DNA of 64,000 bases from Octopus sinensis (Eukaryota), in contig NC_042997.1 in NCBI RefSeq assembly GCF_006345805.1, positions 164,734,001-164,798,000 on the forward strand, read 5' to 3'. Positions 41,274 to 53,995 of this stretch are shown piece by piece (the first letter of the stretch is position 1; every line of letters starts with the position of its first letter). A program made the position numbers and the translations under genes. The notes beneath the pieces were generated by a model that was not told where the DNA came from, searched no databases, and was given only the letters and a program-made list of their open reading frames with translations.

Positions 41274-41536
41274 TATTTCTTTATTACTCACAAGGGGCTA
41301 AACACAGAGGGGACAAACATGGACAGACATAGGTATTAAGTCGATTATATCGACCCAGTACGTAACTGGTACTTAGTTTATCGACCTCGAAAGGATGAAA
41401 GGCAAAGTCGACCTCGGCGGAATTTGAACTGACAGCAGCCGAACGTAACGGCAGCCGAACGTAACGGCAGCCGAAATACCGCTAAGCATTTCGCCAGACG
41501 TGCTAACGATTCTGCCAGCTCGCCGCCTTCTCGTCG
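41274..41536 (-). mobile_element. Full-length Nin-domain SINE with 17-bp target-site duplication
   Basis: CCAATGCTACAAATACC at 41257-41273 and 41537-41553. Internal tandem expansion of GCAGCCGAACGTAACG. Confidence 0.92.
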
Positions 41537-41802
41537 CCAATGCTACAAATACCACACTCTCCATACCGTTTTTAATACAACGTGGTCAAAAATGGTGGTT
41601 TTTAGACTCAGCCTAATAAAAGCGGCAACAGTCGCAGTAGTAGCAGCAGAAACTGTAGCTTAGTATTTGTTGTTGCTGATGGTGTTTTGTTTCAGTCGAT
41701 ACTGCTGTAACTACCATTAGTAATGGCTGTCAACAGTAACAGTGAAAGTTTGCAGCGTTAGAAAATGTTCAAGAAACAGTTACCTTGAATACAACTATCT
41801 CA

Positions 41803-41833
<31 letters not shown>

Positions 41834-42598
41834 TGTACGCATGTACATATGTATGTAACTGCGCGTTTGCTTGTGAGCGTGTATCTGTTGTATGTATGTA
41901 TGTATATATACATATATATATATATGTATGTATGTATGTATATATGTATGTATTATGTAGGTATGCACTTATGTGTGTGTGTGTCTGCATGTATGTATGC
42001 ATATATGTACATACATACTCATGTACGTTGTATGTATATTGCAAGTATACATGTGTATGTTCATATGCACGTACGTACGCATGTTTGTGTTTGTGCTTCT
42101 TCCTCAATTCACGTACGCACGAATGTGTGTATGTGTGTGTGTGTGTGTGCTTAATTATCTGAATTCTTCCAAAAATGGAAGAATTAGTTTCGAATAAAGA
42201 AACAAACGCCCATTGCTGGAATTCAATTAACAACAAAGTTGAAGAGTTAGATGTTGAACTTAAGGAATGTCTTACATATTTTTACTGTTCCGCTCACAGA
42301 ATACTTTTTTTAAGTATGTACATACGTATGTATGTTTTTCTTTACAAAATTCTTTAAGTATTTTCAAGCCAGCCAGTAACAAATAAGCAAGCTCTTGAGG
42401 TTTTTGACTATTTAAAACTGAAGCAGTTAGTGTTTGTTTATATGTGTGTATGGCGAAGATACACTTGCATTCGTGTAATGGGTGTATGCCACTTAAGAAC
42501 ACGAGTATGTATAAATGAATGTGTGCGTGGGTTCAGTGCAGGAACCTTAATTGGAGAATCTTTGAAGTGCTTTACAAATTTTCACCGTACCTCTAATC

Positions 42599-43143
42599 CA
42601 GGGGTCGGCGAACAGGAATAAATTACCCCAAGAGGGGTAAAAATGAAATTCTAGGGGGTAATGAGGACTCATAAGACAAGTAAAATTATATGAAAAAACG
42701 TGTTCCTTGTTAGGACAGGAAATAAAAGTTGCTGCCTTTTTCAACAACCTACCTTTGCAAACAAGGATTTTCCACTCTAATGAGCATAAAAACAAAGCAG
42801 AGTAATCGATTGGACCCCGAAAACTGTATTCAAATTGCTCTGGTATCAAAATGCCCCAATTTTGATGTGATTGTAACAAAAATGAAACAACATCATTTCT
42901 CCAAAACCTGAAGTGAAAAAGTTTCTAGAAAAATCCTTTTGTTTCATAACGAAGATATTAATTCACTTTATCGCATTTGTTTTATACTTGTTATATTTAT
43001 AATTGTATTCTCCATATATATAGATGCAATAAACATCTTGAATTCAAAGAATCTATGCTTTTCTTCCTTTCAAATCAAGGGGGTAACGTTGGCGTAAATA
43101 AATATATTTTGGGGTAAGTGGTTAAAAAGTTCCTCGAACCCTG
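42599..43143 (+). mobile_element. Non-autonomous hAT (Charlie/Buster-like) deletion derivative
   Basis: TIRs CAGGGGTCGGCGAAC and GTTCCTCGAACCCTG (12/15). Flanks CTCTAATC / CCTAATC fit an 8-bp TSD with a 1-nt indel. Subterminal GGGGTAA repeats. ORF 42729-42911 LPFSTTYLCKQGFSTLMSIKTKQSNRLD is the hAT dimerisation motif. Confidence 0.88.
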
Positions 43144-43425
43144 CCTAATCGATTGCTGTTGGAAAAACAAATGTGTGTATGTATGTATGTATGTATATAT
43201 GTACGTGTGAATCTGTGTGTGCGTATACATGTGTGTTTGTTTAACACAATTACCCTGCCACTGCCACCACCAACAGCACCATTTAATCATCATCATCATC
43301 ATCACCATCATCATCATCAACAACATCGTCACCGTCGTCTTCGTCATCATAAAAATCGTCATTATCATCAACTTCATCATCAACCATCACCTCCTCGTCG
43401 CCATCATCGTCGTCGCCATCATCAT

Positions 43426-43480
<55 letters not shown>

Positions 43481-43750
43481 CCACCACCACCACCACCACC
43501 ACCACCCTCATCATCATCATCACTATCACTTGCACCGTCACCTATAGGTGCTAGGTGTTAAGGTTATGCTACTAATAATATGTTTAAACACTGTTTCTGT
43601 TTATTTCATACTTTCTGCACCATTTCCATGCTGTAATATATACCGCCATTATAAATATATGGCATTTCAACATTTGACATTTATTTTTATTTTTAAAAAT
43701 AACATGTTCCCGTTTACCTTATAATAATTATAATAATAATAATAATAATG

Positions 43751-43796
<46 letters not shown>

Positions 43797-44139
43797 TAAT
43801 AATAATAATAATAATATTGTTGATGATGATGATGATAACGATGATGATGATGATGGAGGTGATGATGATGATAATGATGATGATGATGGTTTCTCTTATT
43901 TGCCACACGGGCATCCGATGGGAAAGACTACAAGAACTGATTATAATTTGTGTCGGGGTTTACATAAAAACGGCAAGAGAGAAAAATAGATGAGAGGCCC
44001 TGTTCTGGTATGCAGTCATGTTAGACCACCCCAGTTAAACGGTTAGCTTGTGTGTATATACATACATACATACATGCATACATACATACATACATACATA
44101 CATACATACATACATACATACACATGTGTGTATGTGGGT

Positions 44140-44283
44140 GTGGTTAAGAAGCTCGTTTTGCAACCACGTGGCTTCAGGTTCAGATGCGCGGCATCTTGGG
44201 CAAGTATTTTTACTCTTTTGCTATAAGCCCCGGGCTTGTGAATGAAGACAGTTGAAAGAAACTGTGAAGAAGCCCGTCGTGCG

Positions 44284-44315
<32 letters not shown>

Positions 44316-44620
44316 TGTGCATGTGTGTATCTGTGTCCGTGAGTGCGTGCGTGCGTACGTACGTACCTATGTATGTACCTACGCACATATGTACGTACGT
44401 ATGTGTGTCTGTATGTCTGTGTTTGTCTCCCCATCCCTTGACAATTAGCGTTGGTTTGTTTATGTCCCCGAAAATTAGCAGTTCGGTAAAAGGGACTGAA
44501 AATATCTAGTTTTAGACTTAAAAACTAAATACCGAGGTCGATTTGTTCGACTAAAAATCCTTCATGGACGTGCCCCAGACTGGTTGCAGTCCAATGAGCG
44601 AAACAAATAATAGGTAAAAG

Positions 44621-44699
<79 letters not shown>

Positions 44700-45010
44700 T
44701 TTATCATTTATTTGTTTCACTGATTAGACTGCACCACCTTGAAGAGTTTTATTCGAACGAATCGACCGCAGTACTATCTTTTTAAAGCCTGGTATTCATT
44801 ATCCTGGTCTAGTTTGCCAAATCACCAAGTCATAGAGACATAAATGCAGCAACACCGGTTGCCAAGCCGTGGTGACACACACACACACACACATGATGGT
44901 CTTCTTTCAGTTTCTGTCGACCATATCCACTTACAAGGCTTTGGTTGGTCTGAGGCTGTGGTTGAAGACACTTGCTCAAGGCACCATGCAGTGGGACTGA
45001 ACTCGGAACG
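44140..45010. mobile_element. Two diverged CORE-type SINEs, convergent (plus at 44140-44605, minus at 44700-45010)
   Basis: CATCTTGGGCAAGT on the plus strand and ACACTTGCTCAAGGCACC..GTGGGACTGAAC for the minus copy. Confidence 0.65.
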
Positions 45011-45077
45011 CACAGACGCTCACATACACAAAGAAATAAATGTGTTGTATGTTTGTTGTATGTTTTAGGCGAACAGA

Positions 45078-45108
<31 letters not shown>

Positions 45109-45486
45109 TGAGAGAGAGAGAGAGGACGAAAAAGAGAGAGAAAGAGTGGGAGGAGAGAGAGTGACATACAGGGGAACTAACACAAGTTGTGAAATATGAG
45201 TTCACTTTTAACAGCTTATCAAATGTTTTGGAAGTGTGTGTGGTGGGGATAGGGGGGTGCTTATGCAGACTTAATGTCTCGGAGTAAATTATCCAAAGTA
45301 TTCCACCCACACGAGATAGAGTTGACTGCTATTTCTAACAAAATCAAGTGAAATCTCACTTGTCAAATCATCGTAGTGCTCGTTAGTATTGTTGTCTAGT
45401 CCTAAGTCTACCTCGATTGAGCACACTGAAGAACAAATCTGTTCCAGCTGAGACTATTCCATCAAGGTCAACATTTCTTAAAACGG

Positions 45487-46140
45487 TAAAGGCGGCGAGC
45501 TGGCAGAATCGTTAACGCACCGGGAAAAATGCTTAGCAGCATTTCGCTGGGCTTCACGTTCCGAGTTCTAATTCTACGAAGTCGACTGTGCATTTCATCA
45601 TATCGGAGTCGATAAATTAAGTACTAGTGAAATATTGGGGTCGATGTAATCGATTAGTCCCCTCCCCAGCAAATTTCAGGCCCTGTGTAAGAAGGTGGCG
45701 AGCTGACAGAGTCGTTAGCACGCCGGGCGAAATACGCTGCCGTATTTCGTCTGTCTTTATGTTCTGAGTTCAAATTCCGCCGAGGTCGACTTTGCCTTTC
45801 ATCCTTTCGGGGTCGATAAATTAAGTACCAGTTTCGCACTGGGGTCGATATAATCGATTTAATCCCTTTGTGTGTCCTTGTTTGTCCCCTCTGTGTTTAG
45901 CCCCTGAGGGCAATAAAGAAATAAGGATCGTTAGCACGCTGGACAAAATGCTTAGCGCTATTTCGCCCGTCGCTACGTTCTGAGTTCAAATTCCGACGAG
46001 GTCCTTTTGGGGTCGATAAATTCTGCCTGTCATCCTTTCAGGTTCGATAAATTAAATACCAGTCAAGTACTGGGATGGATTTAATCGACTTGCCCCTCCC
46101 CCAAAATTTCAGACCTAGTGCCTTTAATAGAAAGGATTAT
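45487..46140 (+). mobile_element. Cluster of three Nin-domain SINEs, one nested
   Basis: Heads at 45488 and 45692. The young tail GCAATAAAGAAATAA (45910-45924) is followed by GGATCGTTAGCACG of an older copy. Confidence 0.82.
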
Positions 46141-46535
46141 TTAAAACGGTAAAAGGCAGATTTAAGGAACGCTGGCAACAATCTCTACGAGTTTGAGTGA
46201 TCGCAGAGAGAAGGCATAGTTAACCTCTTTCAAGAAGCAGGCCGCATGAGACATGGCTCACCATCAGGTGGGCCCCACTACTATACAAATTCAGAAAGTC
46301 CCGCGGGCCGCAGTTTGCTCGCGACTGACACAGAAGCTTCTTCGTCACCTTTTATTGTTGTTGCTGTTGTTTTGTCTCAACGCTACGCAATAAATCTGTA
46401 ACCAAAGACAGTCCAATCATAACCATCCCGTCTTTTTGCAAGTAGTGTATATCTCGGACTACAATATCTGATGTCCCTTTCTTTTTGTGATGTGAAGGAT
46501 ATTTGACTGCTGCTTTTAATATGACGAAGGACTGT

Positions 46536-46614
<79 letters not shown>

Positions 46615-46867
46615 CAATTGGAGAAATATATGTACAGAAAACCTGAGACAGAAGAAAGAGTGTTAGCAGAAGAGAGGGAGAGAGAACAACAGAGAGAAAG
46701 AAAGTGTGATATACAATTGGAGAGATAGAGAGAAAAAACTGAGAGAGGGAGAAAGAAGGAAGAGAGTCAGCAGTAGAGAGAGAAGAGTGAGACAGAAAGA
46801 GAGAGAGAGAGATAGCGACAGAGAGGAGGAAAACGCGAGAACGAGAGAAATGAGTGAGAGGGAGAAC

Positions 46868-46929
<62 letters not shown>

Positions 46930-47941
46930 CTCAGTTCGATACCCGGGGCCAATTCTGTTCATTTTCACCTGTCTTGGGTTGTACTGGTAAATATGAAGAA
47001 AAACAAAACCAAAGCGTTTACAAAATGTATGTCTGTACGTGTGTGTGTATGTGTACGTAAGTGTATGTGCGTGTGTGTACACGTGTGTGTGTGTGTGTGC
47101 GTATGTGTATGCGTGTGTTATGCTTCAGTAAATTATTGGTGTTTAACGAACCAAAGAGGGAAGCGTCGAAGCTGTCACTCAAACCGCTTGAAATAGCAGT
47201 CCAGTCTCCCTCAGACAACACCCTACCATCTGAAACAAGGACGCAGCAGATAGGATAATGGTAGTCCTAGATGTATATATACTATGTCTGAAAAAAAAAC
47301 TAAACTGGCTGGTGATGATGGTGGTGGTAATGGTCACGGATGGAACATCGTCAATCATAATATATAGGCCTACTCGATCATAGCTAAGTTAACCTGGGGT
47401 TGAACAACGGCAGCGACAACAACAATAATGAGAACATTGGCTGGATGTTTATTTATGGACTGTGTATTGCTTGAAGGCAAATCCACAGAGTATTGTACTT
47501 ACATTTAGGAGATGAAACTCGAAATACTTTCAAGGCGTTCCGTGCAACGCTGTGTTGTCTATTATTTATTGTAAATAATACCGAAGTAGGAGAAAGGGGA
47601 TGTGTGTGTGTGTGCGTGAGAGGGAGAGAGAGCAAGTGAGAGAGTGGGTGGAGAGGAAAGAAGAGAAAGGGGAGGAATTTCTTAATCACCACTGTTGCCA
47701 ATTTAACCACCATCACCACCCATCACCATCACCACAAACATCATGATCATCATCACCACCAACACCATTATCCTTCTCCTCCTCCTGATAATAATCACAA
47801 CGACGACGACAATGATGATGATGAGGACATAATCATCATTGTCGTCGTCGTTGTGATGATTATCATTATCACAACCACCATCATCATCACCGTCATCCTT
47901 CTCTTCCTCCATCATTTTCTCATCATCATCATTGTCGCCGT

Positions 47942-48041
47942 NNNNNNNNNNNNNNNNNNNNNNNNNNNNNNNNNNNNNNNNNNNNNNNNNNNNNNNNNNN
48001 NNNNNNNNNNNNNNNNNNNNNNNNNNNNNNNNNNNNNNNNN
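47942..48041. other. Assembly gap (100 N)
   Basis: Run of exactly 100 N, probably a placeholder of unknown size. Confidence 0.99.
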
Positions 48042-48074
48042 GAGAGAGGAGAGAGAGAGAGAGAAAGAGATATA

Positions 48075-48285
48075 GATTGCATTGGCAAACCTCCTTCAAT
48101 AGAAACCAGGAATAATAAGAGTAACAAGAAGAGTACAATGAAGAGGTAAATGTTAAACAGATATCTCCGCCATTTTAACAGCTCACATTTTAAAGGAATT
48201 TCATTGAAACGGGCATTTCACGGAAATCAGTGAATGTAAATTTGCACGCATACATACGTGTGTGTGTGTATACATACATATATAC

Positions 48286-48356
<71 letters not shown>

Positions 48357-48730
48357 CGTTTATATGCATATATCACTATATAGTTATCTAATGACTCCCT
48401 CTTTTAAGCGTGGTCCTAATAACACATTTCTTAAGACATGTCCCTCTTGTTTTGACTTTCCTGTTTCTGCCCATTATATATATATATGTGTGTGTGTATA
48501 TACACATACACACATATACACATGCTTGCATACACTTACACAGATTCATACAAGAGCGCGCGCACACAAATTTACAACCACCAATACCCGTGAAATGCCA
48601 ATTCCAATTGAAATCCCTCTAAAATGTGTTGTTTATATGGCGGAGAGATCTGCTTAACATTTACTTATTCATTACACTCACTTGTTACTCTCATTATCTC
48701 CAGTCAGTATTGAAGGAGCTTTGCCAACGT
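48075..48730. repeat. Diverged inverted repeat with about 165-bp arms
   Basis: 48075-48245 is the diverged reverse complement of about 48570-48730 (CCGTGAAATGCC, AAAATGTG, ATGGCGGAGA.ATCTG.TTAACATTTAC, TATTGAAGGAG.TTTGCCAA). Confidence 0.8.
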
Positions 48731-49086
48731 TTATCTCTCTCCCAGTCCCCCCTCTCTCTCTAAATCAAATTGATTTTAAATATTTTCCCTTCACGGCTCA
48801 GGGAAATATTTCATTCATTGGGAAGGCTTTCAGCATCGCCAATATAATCATCATCATCATTATTATCATAATCATCGATGTTGGCACTTCTCTCGCAGCT
48901 ATATCCACACAACCATCACCACCACCACCACCACTACTACCACTGTAGTTATTGTCATTATAACCTACCTCACAACATATTTGTCTCTTCTAATACATCA
49001 ATGTTCACCAATCATTTCACTGAGTTTTTAAAATAACATTTTCAACAACAATCCGTTTCCTCTCTCTCTCTTTCTATTTCTCTCCC

Positions 49087-49345
49087 CAATCCACAACCTG
49101 GCTGGTAGCTCTTATATAATAAAAATCACTTGTACACACCTCTCTCCCTAATTTCCCCCCTCCTCCTCCTCCCGTCCCTCTAATCCAGAACCTAACTAGC
49201 ATCTCTTATATAATAAAGCGACTCGCACAGATGTGTCTCCTATTCCCTCCCGCGTATTCTTTTCATGCCCTCCTACTCCCTCACGCCAATCCAGAACCCG
49301 GCTCACATCTCTCTTATATAACACAACAACCACTTGTGCAGACGC
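49087..49345 (+). repeat. Three degenerate tandem units of about 95-105 bp
   Basis: AATCCA(C/G)AACC...CTCTTATATAA at 49087, 49181 and 49287. Confidence 0.7.
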
Positions 49346-49586
49346 CTAGTCTTCATTATAGAAAAAGCCAGTTACTAAAACATTGCTAAATATTGACACA
49401 GACGTGTTAACATGTTCAACTAGCAACCTGTTCCGGTGCAAGTGCAGCCAACCGCAAAAATACACATCGTTATTATATGGACGACCTTCAGTTATGGTTT
49501 TCGGACCACGTCTTCTCAAACTGCAGCGAGCAAACATTAAACCCTGCAATTGCTGCAGCTACTGCTGGTGCTGGTGCTGATTATGA

Positions 49587-49630
<44 letters not shown>

Positions 49631-50059
49631 TTGCTGTTCTTATTAATGTCGTTGTCGTTTTTGTTGTTGCTTCCCCTGCTGTTGCTGCTTCTGCTGCTAC
49701 GCCTCCTCCTACTACTACTACTACAACCACCATTACTAGTACACAATCGAATACACATACGAATACACAATCGAATACACATATGGACAAAATATATGCA
49801 CATATATACGCATGTAAACTGTGTACTTATTTTAGGCAAAGTGTTTGTGTTTCTATTTAGAGTATACGGTCTGATTCTCATACACACACACACACACACA
49901 CACGTGTACACAAACATATACATACACAGGCATGTGTATTCCATGTCTAAAATAAGCGCTTAGATATAAATAAGTGTATACATGCATATGTATACAAAAG
50001 TGCCGGCGCGATCCCTTTCATATAAATTCACGCGCGGTTGTGTAAATATTGGTTTCAAA

Positions 50060-50709
50060 TTTTGGCACAAGGCCAGCAAGTTTGGGGGAGGGGGATGAGT
50101 CAATTATATCGACCCCAGCACTCAGGTGGTAGTTATTTTGTCGACCCCGAAACGATGACAGGCAAAGTAGGTCTCGGCTGATTTTGAACTCAGAATGTAA
50201 AGACGGACGAAATGCCGCTAAGCAATTTTTCCCGGTGTTGCTAACGATTCTGCCAGTTTAACTGGCGTGTAAATATTCTTTTCTACCCTAGGCACAAGGA
50301 TCGAAAGTTTTGAGGTGTGAGCCAGTCGCTTAGATCGGCCCTAGTACGCAACTGGTACTTAATTTATCGACCCCCAAAAGGATGAAAGGCAAAGTCGAAC
50401 TCGGCGGAATCTGAACTCAGAACGAAAAGACATTCGAAATACCGCTAAGCATAAAGCCCGGCGTGTTAACGTTTCTTATTTCTTTATTACCCACAAGGGG
50501 CTGAACATAGAGGGGACAAACAAGGACGGACAAACGGATTAAGTCGATTATATCGACCCCAGCGCGTGACTGGTACTTATTTAATCGACCCCGAAAGGAT
50601 GAAAGGCAAAGTCGACCTCGGCGGAATTTGAACTCAGAACGTAACGGCAGACGAAATACAGCTAAGCATTTCGACCGGTGTGATAACGTTTCTGCCAGCT
50701 CGCCGCCTT
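50060..50709 (-). mobile_element. Nin-domain SINE cluster with a nested insertion
   Basis: Outer duplication CTGG(C/T)GTGTAAATATT at 50262-50277 and 50710-50725. Inner duplication TAACGTTTC at 50467-50475 and 50684-50692. Confidence 0.85.
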
Positions 50710-50739
50710 CTGGTGTGTAAATATTACTTATACAAAGGG

Positions 50740-50905
50740 CACAGGCGTGACTGTGTGGTAAGAAGCTTGCTCTCCAACATCATGGTTCCGGGTTCAGTCC
50801 CACTGCATGGCACCTTGAGCAAATCTACAATGGCTTCGGGTCAACCAAAGCCTTGTGAGTGGATTTGGTAGACAGAAACTGAAAGAAACCCATCGTGTAT
50901 ACATA

Positions 50906-50942
<37 letters not shown>

Positions 50943-51140
50943 CTCTATGTCTGTGTTTCTCCGCCCCCCACTACCACTTGTTAACCGGTGCTGGTGTGTT
51001 TACGCCCCTGCAAAAGACACCGATGAAATACGTACCGGCTTAAAAAAAAATCCTGGGGTCGCTTTGTTCAATTAAAATCCTTCTGGTGGTGTTCCAGAAT
51101 CGCCGCAGTCAAATGACTGAAACAAGTGAAAGATAAAAGA
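50740..51140 (+). mobile_element. Diverged CORE-type SINE
   Basis: GGCGTGACTGTGTGGTAAGAAG...GGTTCAGTCCCACTGCATGGCACCTTGAGCAA. Confidence 0.75.
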
Positions 51141-51358
51141 TAGCTGGGATTCTCAAAGCCGGTATACTCGATGAGGGTCATCCTATGGCTAAACAACAAA
51201 AACGATGACGATGAAAACACCATCACGTCCTCGTCATCTATATATATATATATATATAGCTGGAAAAAAATTGAGAGTATGATAGAAGAAGGCTTGCTCT
51301 TCCTTCCATAGAAGAAAAAATTAAAATCGGACCATGTTAAGACTAAGAATTATTTATA

Positions 51359-51729
51359 TAGGCGCAGGAGTGGCTGTGTGGTAAGTAGCTTGCTAACCAA
51401 CCACATGGTTCCGGGTTCAGTCCCACTGTGTGGCACCTTGGGCAAGTGTCTTCTACTATAGCCTCGGGCCGACCAATGCCTTGTGAGTGGATTTGGTAGA
51501 CGGAAACTGAAAGAAGCCCGTCGTATATATGTGTATATATATATATGTTTGCGTGTATGTTTGTGTGTCTGTGTTTATGTCCCCGTCACTTAGCGGTTCG
51601 GCAAAAGAGACCGATAGAATAAGTACTGGGTTTACAAAGAATAAGTCCCGGGGTCGAGTTGCTCGACAAAAGGCGGTGCTCCAGCATGGCCGCAGTCAAC
51701 TGACTGAAACAAATAAAAGAATAAAAGAA
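51359..51729 (+). mobile_element. Full-length CORE-type tRNA SINE
   Basis: TAGGCGCAGGAGTGGCTGTGTGGTAAG (A box), GGGTTCAGTCCC (B box), ACCTTGGGCAAGT (CORE motif), TAAAAGA tail. Confidence 0.88.
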
Positions 51730-51739
51730 AAAAGAAAGA

Positions 51740-51937
51740 ATATCAAAAAGGTGCTTTTTTTCTATGAAAATCCTTATTTTTTACTATTTTTTTTTGACTG
51801 CCGTGTTGTAATTTTTCGGTGTTTTTCAACCAGAAAAATTTTCATTCAAAGAGAAATAACAAGCTACTTTTCAAAAATTCCAATTATAAAGGGTCGAAAA
51901 GAAAACAAACCCGAGCAACGCCGGGCGATTCTGCTAG
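51740..51937 (+). mobile_element. Helitron-type 3' terminal fragment
   Basis: CCCG-AGCAACGC-CGGG hairpin, then CGATTCTG-CTAG|T. Confidence 0.6.
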
Positions 51938-52636
51938 TTTCTTTGTAAAAGTATCTGAAAAATTTACTTTTAACTTGCATCTTGTTTTTTAACGAGCTCT
52001 TTCTATTTGCTCATGTCACAAAGTGATCCGCTATTTTAGCTGTCAAACAGGCACAGAAAGACTGTTAATTAGACTCATCTTGCACTAGATACCACAGTAA
52101 AGAGGCAAAGAAAGAAAAAAAAAAACAAAACAAAATGGTATTTACACATGTACACATGCTCTGTTGATACTTGGTAAGGTAAGGTGAAAGTTATAACAAG
52201 ATAGCTCGATAGATGATCAGGTAGGTAGACAGATACATATGAAAAGAGAAAGAATAGGAAATATATTGTTGCTCGTTACACACACACAAACATGCATGCA
52301 CGCGCATCCACATGCACGTGCATCCACATGCACGTGCATCCAGATGCACGTTCTATATATATATATACTTATATGTTTATATAAATATCGTAAATACATA
52401 TACGTATATAAACATACGTATATACACACATAACATATATATCTATATATCCATATGAATACACACATCTATCCATCCATCCATCCATCCATTCATTCAC
52501 ACACAGACACATACATACATACATACATACATACATACCTTCTATGTATGTATTTATGTATATGTGTATGTATGTTTGTTTTTATATAGTTATATTTATG
52601 TAAACATATATCAATACATATCTATCTATCTATCTA

Positions 52637-52693
<57 letters not shown>

Positions 52694-53995
52694 ATAAATA
52701 TATATATATACGCGCGCGCGCACACACAGACCTATATATACAAATATATCAACAAATACACATGTATCCCCCACCACACAAACACTTATGTTTATGTATA
52801 TACATCTTTATATATGTATATGTATGTACATCTTTTATGTATATACATCTTTACCTACCTTCTTACCCACACAGACAGACACATACACACAGATATAAGT
52901 ACACACACACAAACACACACATATATGTATATACATACATAAATACTATATATATATAAATACTATATATATATATACGCGTATATACGTATGTATACAC
53001 CATACATACAGCCACAACAATATATACAAAACAAGATAAACTGAAATGATTTGTGTTTTGTACTCACTCTAAAATATTTGTGAATATAAAAAAATCAATA
53101 AAATTTTTAATGTTATAAATCAATATCTGTAGCCATGTTTTCCATGAGTACAGAGTTATTAACCGCGTCCTTGAGTGCTTTATAGTATTTACGCTAGAGT
53201 ACATTGCGTTATTTAGTTATTCATAAAGCAGTGAGCGACTAGAATCGTTACAGCGTCGGACAAAAAAAATCATCGGCATTTTTCATGGCTTCCTGTAAGT
53301 TCAAATCCCACCGAGGTCGGCTTTATAATTTATCCTTACGGAATTGATAAAATAAGTACCAGTTGAGCACTGGGGTTGATGTAACCGACTAGTCGCTTGC
53401 CCTACAATTTCAAGCTTTGTATCTGTAGGAGTAAGAATTAGTTATTCGTAAGGCGATGTGTTAGCAAAATCGTTAGAGCGTCGGAATAAAAGTTTAGTGA
53501 TATTTCTTCTGACGCTTTACGTTGTGAGCTCGAAATCTGTCGAAGTAAATTTTTGCCTTTCATCATTTCAGTATTGATAAAATACGGTGCCAATACAAGC
53601 ACTAAGGATAATGAAATTGATTTGGCTTCTCTCTTTGAAATTGCTGGCGTCGTGCAAGAATTTAAAATCGTTATTTACAGTTTTATCATTGTATTTGGGA
53701 ATTTTTGAACTGGAAGCATGTTTCCAATTGGGTTGTTATTTGTTAATTTCATGGCGAAAAGGACAAGACTGTGTATCTTTCCTCGCTATCTTTTACTTCC
53801 TTCAGTCATTAGACTCCGTCGATGCTGGTGTACCATCTCGAAGGGTTTCAGTCGATTGAATTGACGCAGGACTCACTTTTAAGCCTGGTACCTATTCTGT
53901 CAGTCTCTTTTGCCAAACAACTAATTTACGGTGACGTAAACAACCAACACCGGTTGTCAAGCAGTGTGGGGGACAAAAACGAATATATATATATA

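Noticed and set aside
43153-43561. His-, Ser- or Pro-rich ORFs as a real low-complexity protein
   Set aside because: A (CAT)n/(CAC)n microsatellite read in several frames, flanked by other simple repeats.
47117-47258. Possible terminal exon SKLLVFNEPKREASKLSLKPLEIAVQSPSDNTLPSETRTQQIG
   Set aside because: No recognisable family, a weak acceptor, and the 3' part overlaps a dispersed repeat seen elsewhere in the window.
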